A stretch of DNA of 64,000 bases from Bacteroidales bacterium (lineage in GTDB: Bacteria; Bacteroidota; Bacteroidia; Bacteroidales; Cfx3-03): positions 1,327,408 through 1,391,407 of the forward strand of contig CAXXNW010000007.1 in NCBI GenBank assembly GCA_963663125.2, in the 5' to 3' direction. The position numbers and the translations under genes were made by a program. Shown one piece after another: positions 58,107 through 64,000 of the stretch (positions are counted from its first letter, which is position 1; each line of letters opens with the position of its first letter). The notes beneath the pieces are model-generated. The model did not search any database, was not told where the DNA came from, and worked only from the letters and a program-made list of their open reading frames with translations.

Positions 58107-58178
58107 TGATCTCACTAGGAATCGAACCTAGATTTAAAGTTTAGGAAACTTCCGTTCTATCCGTTGAACTATGAGACC
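58107..58178 (-). tRNA. tRNA-Arg (anticodon CCT)
   Basis: The reverse complement reads GGTCTCATAGTTCAACGGATAGAACGGAAGTTTCCTAAACTTTAAATCTAGGTTCGATTCCTAGTGAGATCA. The acceptor stem is a perfect 7 bp (GGTCTCA/TGAGATC). The anticodon loop is TTCCTAA and the T-loop is GGTTCGATTCC. Confidence 0.88.
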
Positions 58179-58282
58179 GAAGTTTGTGCTATTTTCAAGG
58201 CTTAACACTTCTGTTAAAGCATTGCAAAAGTAGCATAAATCCTTAAATATCAAAACCGGTTTCTTTACAGGTCATGTAGAAT

Positions 58283-60355
58283 TTATCGAATCTCGCTTCC
58301 ATTCTCAAATTTCTGGGTCGGTGCTACAAAGCAAAGCTTTCCGTCAGCATTTTCTGCCATCAGGATCATTCCCTGGCTTTCGATGCCTTTCAATTCGCGG
58401 GGAGCTAAATTTACAAGAATGCTGACCTGTTGTCCGATAATCTCTTCGGGTGTGTAATGTTCAGCTATTCCCGATACTACGGTTCTCTGGTCGATACCGG
58501 TGTCAATGGTCAACTTGAGTAACTTTTTGGTTTTGGCAACCTTCTCTGCAGCTAATATCGTTCCAACTCGGATATCCATTTTGGCAAAATCATCAAACTC
58601 GATAGCAGGCTTTGAAGGAGTGACCACTCTGTTTGCCACTTCGTTTGCTTTTTTAGTATCCAGTAATTTCTGAACCTGTTTTTCCATCAAGCTATCTTCA
58701 ATCTTATCAAACAACAGTTCAGGCGTATTAAGTTGGTGCCCTGTGCTGAGAATAGTTACTATTCCGGCAGAAGCCCAAGGTAAGGCTTCAACATTAAGCA
58801 TCTTTAATAATTTAACAGCACTAAATGGCAGGAATGGCTCTGAGACAATAGAAAGGCTTGCACAAATCTGCAAAGAGATGTTTAATACTGTTTTTACGCG
58901 TGCTTCATCAGTCTTAAAGACTTTCCAAGGCTCATTTTCTGTGAGGTATTTGTTGCCTAGGCGGGCCAGATTCATCATCTCGGCTAATGCTTCACGGAAG
59001 CGAAAGTTTTCGATACTGGCTGCAATGCGATCAGGGAATTGAGCTATTTCGGCAATTGTTGCTTCATCCTGTTCGGTAAGTTCTGTTACTTCAGGAACGA
59101 TTCCTCCGAAATATTTATGAGTAAGTACCAATGTCCGGTTTACAAAGTTACCATAGATAGCCAGTAACTCGTTGTTATTACGAGCCTGATAATCTTTCCA
59201 GGTAAAGTCGTTATCTTTTGTTTCGGGAGCATTTGCCGTTAGGACATAGCGAAGTACATCCTGTTTATTCGGAAGATCTTCCAGATATTCGTTCAACCAT
59301 ACTGCCCAGTTTCTGGAGGTGGAGATTTTATCATTTTCCAGATTCAGAAACTCATTGGCGGGTACATTTTCGGGCAAGATATAACTTCCTTCAGCTTTTA
59401 GCATGGCTGGGAAAATGATACAATGGAAAACAATATTGTCTTTTCCGATAAAATGAATTAGTCGGGTATCTTTATCTTTCCAGTAAGGTTTCCAGTCTTT
59501 TCCGGTTCTTTCACTCCACTCTTTTGTTGCGGAGATATAGCCGATGGGCGCATCGAACCAAACATACAATACTTTTCCTTTGGCGGCTTCGAGTGGAACC
59601 TCTACACCCCAATCCAGGTCACGAGTTACTGCACGGGGTTGTAAGCCCTGATCGATCCATGATTTACATTGCCCGTAAACATTGGTTTTCCAGTCATTTT
59701 TATGTCCTTCCAAAATCCATTCGCGTAGCCAAGGCTCATATTTATCTAGGGGAAGAAACCAATGTTTGGTTTCCTTCATAATAGGGACATTTCCACTTAA
59801 CGCACTTTTGGGATTTATAAGATCGGTAGCGTTTAATGATGTTCCGCAGTTTTCACATTGATCACCATAAGCCTTTTCAAATCCACAAAATGGACAGGTT
59901 CCGGTAATATAACGATCGGCCAGATACTGTTTGGCCTCTTCGTCGTAATATTGTTCGGAAAACTTTTCGATAAAAATATCCTTATTGTACAAGGTTGTGA
60001 AGAATTCGGAAGCGGTTTGGTGATGGATTGGTGATGATGTACGACTGTACACATCAAATGAGATTCCAAATTCCTCAAACGATTTCTTTATGATATTATG
60101 ATATTTGTCTACTACCTGTTGAGGTGTAAGTCCTTCTTTTCTAGCACGTATTGTGATAGGAACTCCATGCTCATCCGATCCCCCGATAAAAAGAACATCT
60201 TCGCCTTTTGAACGAAGATATCGTACATAGATATCTGCCGGAACATAAACGCCGGCCAGATGACCGATATGAATAGGTCCGTTGGCATAGGGAAGCGCCG
60301 ACGTTACTGTAGTCCGTTTAAATTTCTTGTCTTTAGTAGTAGATTGATTTTCCAT
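58283..60355 (-). CDS. metG: Methionine--tRNA ligase with a C-terminal tRNA-binding (EMAP-like) domain
   Basis: 690 aa. [14 protein letters not shown] (HIGH), zinc knuckle CPFCG...CENCG, KISTSR (KMSKS variant), and C-terminal [13 protein letters not shown]...[12 protein letters not shown]. Confidence 0.95.
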   Translation of the reverse strand: MENQSTTKDKKFKRTTVTSALPYANGPIHIGHLAGVYVPADIYVRYLRSKGEDVLFIGGSDEHGVPITIRARKEGLTPQQVVDKYHNIIKKSFEEFGISFDVYSRTSSPIHHQTASEFFTTLYNKDIFIEKFSEQYYDEEAKQYLADRYITGTCPFCGFEKAYGDQCENCGTSLNATDLINPKSALSGNVPIMKETKHWFLPLDKYEPWLREWILEGHKNDWKTNVYGQCKSWIDQGLQPRAVTRDLDWGVEVPLEAAKGKVLYVWFDAPIGYISATKEWSERTGKDWKPYWKDKDTRLIHFIGKDNIVFHCIIFPAMLKAEGSYILPENVPANEFLNLENDKISTSRNWAVWLNEYLEDLPNKQDVLRYVLTANAPETKDNDFTWKDYQARNNNELLAIYGNFVNRTLVLTHKYFGGIVPEVTELTEQDEATIAEIAQFPDRIAASIENFRFREALAEMMNLARLGNKYLTENEPWKVFKTDEARVKTVLNISLQICASLSIVSEPFLPFSAVKLLKMLNVEALPWASAGIVTILSTGHQLNTPELLFDKIEDSLMEKQVQKLLDTKKANEVANRVVTPSKPAIEFDDFAKMDIRVGTILAAEKVAKTKKLLKLTIDTGIDQRTVVSGIAEHYTPEEIIGQQVSILVNLAPRELKGIESQGMILMAENADGKLCFVAPTQKFENGSEIR

Positions 60356-60502
60356 TGATTAAACAATTTTAACAAAGCAAATGCAAAGGTAAGAAAAATC
60401 GGGATGAAGTTTTCACCCATCGGTGAATTGCATAGATATTGAAAGATATAAAAAAAGGTTGAACCATAAAGGAACAACCTTCTTCAAGAATTAAATATCT
60501 GT

Positions 60503-62029
60503 TTATAGTTTTACCGCAATCTTCTTTCTGATGATTTCAGAAACAGTGTCAATATTAACACGTTCCTGTAACATACTGTCGCGTTCACGAATCGTAACAG
60601 TGTTATCCTCCAGTGTTTGGTGGTCAACAGTTATACAATATGGGGTTCCGATTGCATCCTGACGACGATAGCGACGGCCAATAGCATCTTTTTCATCATA
60701 CTGGCACATGTAGTCGAACTGTAATGTATCCATTATTTCTCTAGCCTTTTCGGGCAATCCGTCTTTCTTTATCAAAGGAAGGATCGCCGCTTTGATAGGA
60801 GCCAATACGGGAGGAATTCTTAACACTACACGTTCCGAACCGTCTTCCAGTTTCTCTTCGGTGTAAGAATGACTTAAGATAGCAAGGAAGGTACGATCCA
60901 GACCGATTGAAGTCTCTATCACATAAGGGACGTAACTTTCGTTGAGTTCAGGATCAAAATACTGCAGTTTCTTACCTGAGAATTTTTGATGTGCACTTAG
61001 GTCAAAGTCAGTACGTGAGTGTATCCCTTCCAACTCTTTAAACCCGAATGGGAATTTGAATTCTATATCGCAAGCTGCATTGGCATAATGAGCCAACTTA
61101 TCGTGTGGATGGAATCTGTAGTTCTCAGGTCCAAGTCCTAATGAATAGTGCCATGCCAAGCGTTCTTTCTTCCATTTTTCAAACCAATCCAGTTCTGTTC
61201 CGGGACGTACAAAGAACTGCATTTCCATCTGTTCGAACTCACGCATGCGGAAGATGAACTGACGGGCTACGATTTCGTTTCTAAAGGCCTTTCCAATTTG
61301 AGCAATACCGAAAGGAATTTTCATACGGCCTGTTTTCAATACATTCAGGAAGTTGACAAAGATCCCCTGAGCGGTTTCGGGACGAAGATAAATGGTGTTG
61401 GTCTCTTCACTCAATGATCCGATTTGAGTAGAAAACATCAGGTTAAACTGGCGTACATCTGTCCAGTTTCTGGTTCCAGAGATGGGGCAGGCTATTTCCA
61501 AATCTTCGATCAGTTGTTTTACTGCTGGCAAATCATCATCGGTAAGGCTCTTGTTTAGTCGGGCCAGCGCATTTGTAATCTTTGTCTGGTATTCAACAAC
61601 ACGCGGATTGGTAGAACGAAACTGCTCTTCATTAAAACTTTCTCCGAATCGTTTAGCTGCTTTTTCTACCTCTTTATTTATTTTTTCTTCAAACTTTGCA
61701 GCATAATCTTCGACAAGTACATCTGCACGATATCGTTTTTTTGAGTCTTTGTTATCAATCATCGGATCGCTAAATGCATCAACATGCCCTGAAGCTTTCC
61801 AGATTGTAGGATGCATAAAGATTGATGAATCAATACCTACAATGTTTTCATGGTATTGAACCATAGCCCGCCACCAATAATTTTTGATGTTGTTCTTTAA
61901 TTCAACACCATATTGGCCGTAATCGTATACAGCACTCAGTCCATCGTAAATCTCACTCGATGGAAATACAAATCCATACTCCTTGGCATGGGAAATGATT
62001 TTCTTAAAAATATCCTCGTTGTTTGCCAT
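60503..62029 (-). CDS. glyQS: Glycine--tRNA ligase (class II, homodimeric type)
   Basis: About 508 aa from ATG 62029 (MANNEDIFKKII...); the ORF-track start at 62044 is a TTG. YGFVFPSSEIYDGLSAVYDYGQYG, LRPETAQGIFVNF, FRNEI..R.FIFRMREFEQMEMQFF, IETSIGLDR. Confidence 0.93.
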   Translation of the reverse strand: MANNEDIFKKIISHAKEYGFVFPSSEIYDGLSAVYDYGQYGVELKNNIKNYWWRAMVQYHENIVGIDSSIFMHPTIWKASGHVDAFSDPMIDNKDSKKRYRADVLVEDYAAKFEEKINKEVEKAAKRFGESFNEEQFRSTNPRVVEYQTKITNALARLNKSLTDDDLPAVKQLIEDLEIACPISGTRNWTDVRQFNLMFSTQIGSLSEETNTIYLRPETAQGIFVNFLNVLKTGRMKIPFGIAQIGKAFRNEIVARQFIFRMREFEQMEMQFFVRPGTELDWFEKWKKERLAWHYSLGLGPENYRFHPHDKLAHYANAACDIEFKFPFGFKELEGIHSRTDFDLSAHQKFSGKKLQYFDPELNESYVPYVIETSIGLDRTFLAILSHSYTEEKLEDGSERVVLRIPPVLAPIKAAILPLIKKDGLPEKAREIMDTLQFDYMCQYDEKDAIGRRYRRQDAIGTPYCITVDHQTLEDNTVTIRERDSMLQERVNIDTVSEIIRKKIAVKL

Positions 62030-62033
62030 AGTG

Positions 62034-62054
62034 CAAAAATACAAAATATCTTTG
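62034..62054. promoter_or_regulatory. Back-to-back Bacteroidota -7 promoter boxes (TAnnTTTG) for glyQS (minus) and the DUF3109 gene (plus), each 4 nt from its ATG
   Basis: Minus strand: TATTTTTG (62041-62034), then CACT, then ATG (62029). Plus strand: TATCTTTG (62047-62054), then CATC, then ATG (62059). A TTTG lies at 62022-62025, 21 nt upstream of the plus-strand box, where a -33 element would sit. Confidence 0.5.
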
Positions 62055-62058
62055 CATC

Positions 62059-62628
62059 ATGATAGCAATTGATGATACCTTAGTTAGTGATGATCTGGGT
62101 GAAGTTTTCTTTATCTGCGATCTGGCCCGTTGTCATGGTGCATGTTGTGTTGAAGGTGATGCCGGTGCTCCTTTGGATGAAGAGGAGATAGGGGAGATGG
62201 AAGATGTTCTTGAAAAAGTACGTCCTTTTATGACTGAAGCGGGGAGACGTGTTGTAGACGAGATGGGTGTTTTCGATTATGATGCGGATGGTAATTTTGT
62301 AACTCCTTTAGTCAATAACCGTGAATGCGCTTTTGTTTATTTTGATAATGGTATTGCAAAATGTGCTATTGAAAAAGCATATAACGAAGGAGTTATTTCC
62401 TTTAAAAAACCGGTATCCTGTCATCTGTATCCTGTCCGGATCATTAAGTATAATGATTTTGATGCTGTAAATTACCATAAATGGCATATCTGCGACCGGG
62501 CTTTGGTAACAGGAAAACGTGAAGGTGTGAGGGTCTATGAGTTTTTGAAAGAACCACTTATCCGAAAATATGGAAAGGATTGGTATCAAAAACTAGATGC
62601 TGCTTTTAAAGCGAAAAGAGGAAACTAG
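62059..62628 (+). CDS. DUF3109-family Cys-rich protein
   Basis: 189 aa. IDDTLVSDDL..FICDLARCHGACCVEGDAGAPL and CAFV...GIAKCAIE, as seen in the Bacteroidota DUF3109 family. Confidence 0.7.
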   Translation: MIAIDDTLVSDDLGEVFFICDLARCHGACCVEGDAGAPLDEEEIGEMEDVLEKVRPFMTEAGRRVVDEMGVFDYDADGNFVTPLVNNRECAFVYFDNGIAKCAIEKAYNEGVISFKKPVSCHLYPVRIIKYNDFDAVNYHKWHICDRALVTGKREGVRVYEFLKEPLIRKYGKDWYQKLDAAFKAKRGN

Positions 62629-62756
62629 GTTGTTCCCTTATGATAGAGGCTATTAAATATATAGTCGTTTAGTAAGCAATCGTCCTTACAAAGAAGTCTT
62701 AACTAAACGATATTGGTATGTTAATAACATTGCAGTAACTAACTTGTTTACTTTGT

Positions 62757-64000
62757 ATGCGACGCCTTTTTCTTATTCTTATACCTGCGATTCTATTTCC
62801 TCTTATCGGATGGACACAGTCTTCTTTTTTGCAACCTACCTTCGATCAAATGATGGGTATAAATATAACCTATAAAGCTCCACTTGGGCGTTTGGGGGTT
62901 GCAGGTATTATCCGGGAGTTTCATGTATGGAGTTGGAATCAACCACAGGAAAATATGGAGGATTGGAATCCACAGTCCCATATTGATTTTGCCCGGTTTT
63001 ATTCTAATCTCAATGCCTTGGGGCATCCCACAGTCCCGGTCATCCAAATGACACCCTCGTGGCTCTTTCGTCCCATGATGAATGAGCAGAGCATCCCTAT
63101 AGATCTTGATGCCCTTAAAGCAGTCCCCAATGGGTTTAAAACCCAATCTTATTTTATAAAACGCTTTGCGGAAACCTATGGTAATGCCGGAATACAGTAT
63201 ATTGAGAATTGGAATGAACCTGACAAGGACTGGTCTGGCCCTACGGCAAGTTTTAATCCTAATGAGCTTGCAGCTATGTGTAGTGCAGACTTCGATCGTT
63301 TACAACAGCTCAATTCGTTTGTTTCGGATCGGAAAACCAATGGATTTAAGCTTGTGATGGGCGGACTTGCCTATCCTTCCATCTCCTATTTAAGTTCTAT
63401 TCTACAATGGAGTCAGCAGAATCGATCGGGAGGAGTGGTTCCGTTCGATGTGATTAATCTGCATCATTACAGTAATAGTGCGTTGGAACATACTAAGCCG
63501 ATAAAAGGAATTAGTCCTGAAGAAGATCATCTTCGCGAAAAGATGAACCGGTTTGTTCAATTCAGAAATGACCGGATGCCCGGAAAGCAGGTCTGGGTTA
63601 GTGAGTTTGGTTACGATACATGGAGCGGATCAACGCAAGGAGTTCCTTCAATTGCAGGTCAGCCAGCCGAAGAGATTCAGGGGCAATGGATTGTTCGTTC
63701 TTTTCTGGAGTTAGCTGCCGCAGGTATTGATCGGGCTATTTTGTTTGCTTTATCCGATTCGGGTGATCCTACTGTCCGTTACAATACTTCGGGTCTCCTT
63801 AAAGATAGTGCGGGAGTAGTTGTTCCTAAGCGTTCATGGTATTATGTATCCGCACTACGAAATGTGATGCAGGGTATGCGATTCCTTGGCAATATTAAAA
63901 CTGACGACCCTGACCTGCGAATCTATCATTTTGCTGATTCTTTGCAGAAAAATGATCTTTATGCCTTGTGGTATGGAACCAGCAGAGGGAGGAAGGGAAC
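62757..64000 (+). CDS. Secreted clan GH-A-like (TIM-barrel, GH5/GH39-like) glycoside hydrolase, 3' end outside the window; not present in the supplied ORF track
   Basis: My own translation from ATG 62757 is MRRLFLILIPAILFPLIGWTQSS...IQYIENWNEPDKDW (NEP acid/base motif)...INLHHYS...KQVWVSEFGYDTW (SEFG nucleophile motif)...YALWYGTSRGRKG. It is open to nt 64000 (414 codons). The track ORFs 62793-63146(-) and 63166-63357(+) lie inside it in other frames. Confidence 0.7.
   Translation, partial: MRRLFLILIPAILFPLIGWTQSSFLQPTFDQMMGINITYKAPLGRLGVAGIIREFHVWSWNQPQENMEDWNPQSHIDFARFYSNLNALGHPTVPVIQMTPSWLFRPMMNEQSIPIDLDALKAVPNGFKTQSYFIKRFAETYGNAGIQYIENWNEPDKDWSGPTASFNPNELAAMCSADFDRLQQLNSFVSDRKTNGFKLVMGGLAYPSISYLSSILQWSQQNRSGGVVPFDVINLHHYSNSALEHTKPIKGISPEEDHLREKMNRFVQFRNDRMPGKQVWVSEFGYDTWSGSTQGVPSIAGQPAEEIQGQWIVRSFLELAAAGIDRAILFALSDSGDPTVRYNTSGLLKDSAGVVVPKRSWYYVSALRNVMQGMRFLGNIKTDDPDLRIYHFADSLQKNDLYALWYGTSRGRKG

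Noticed and set aside
62793-63357. Track ORFs 62793-63146 (-) and 63166-63357 (+).
   Set aside because: Both lie inside, and out of frame with, the long GH-A-like ORF starting at 62757. That ORF has clear catalytic motifs.
1-64000. CRISPR arrays, rRNA genes, prophage or defence-system genes (restriction-modification, toxin-antitoxin, Cas, retrons).
   Set aside because: I saw no regularly spaced direct repeats, no rRNA-like sequence, and no ORFs with nuclease, methylase, reverse-transcriptase or phage structural signatures. The only mobile DNA is the IS at 30577-32220 and the transposase remnant at 57505-57999.

Overview
This is a chromosomal segment of a Bacteroidota genome. Supporting signs are SusC/SusD pairs, a hybrid two-component regulator, an ECF-sigma/FecR/STN-SusC module, TAnnTTTG-type promoter boxes and no Shine-Dalgarno sites. 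The organism is probably an anaerobe, given ptb-buk, tryptophanase and corrinoid methyltransferases.

Layout:
- 1-16.8 kb: PUL 1. It holds the HTCS regulator tail, a cytoplasmic GH130, SusC/SusD, an MFS transporter translationally coupled to an unknown 573-aa lipoprotein, GH2 and a truncated GH92 stub. Two opposite-strand paralogous repeat lipoproteins (FISUMP and FGE-sulfatase C-termini) interrupt it.
- 17-30 kb: mostly housekeeping and fermentation genes. These are a soluble PAS histidine kinase, tRNA-Leu, prs, rplY, pth, queD, a GAF/fRMsr-like gene, tnaA, an M64 peptidase, ptb-buk and a second paralogous PAS kinase.
- 30.2-32.7 kb: a peptidase-C26/GATase1 gene cleanly split by an intact IS (17-bp perfect IRs, TAAATA duplication).
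- 33-37.6 kb: a zinc-ribbon protein, an MBOAT plus AlgX/J-like acyltransferase pair, and a MATE exporter.
- 38.2-41.9 kb: a four-gene corrinoid-dependent methyltransferase operon (URO-D-like MT, corrinoid protein, MtaA-like MT, stand-alone MetH-type activation domain). I rank this as the most interesting uncharacterised system in the window.
- 42.5-57.5 kb: PUL 2. It holds the ECF sigma, anti-sigma, STN-SusC, SusD, a GxGYxYP-like protein, a GHL6/GH42M-like protein, GH29 and GH92.
- 57.5-64 kb: an IS1634-like transposase remnant, tRNA-Arg(CCT), metG, glyQS, DUF3109, and a clan GH-A-like hydrolase ORF that runs off the window and is absent from the ORF track.

All family calls rest on motif recognition by eye; no database search was run.
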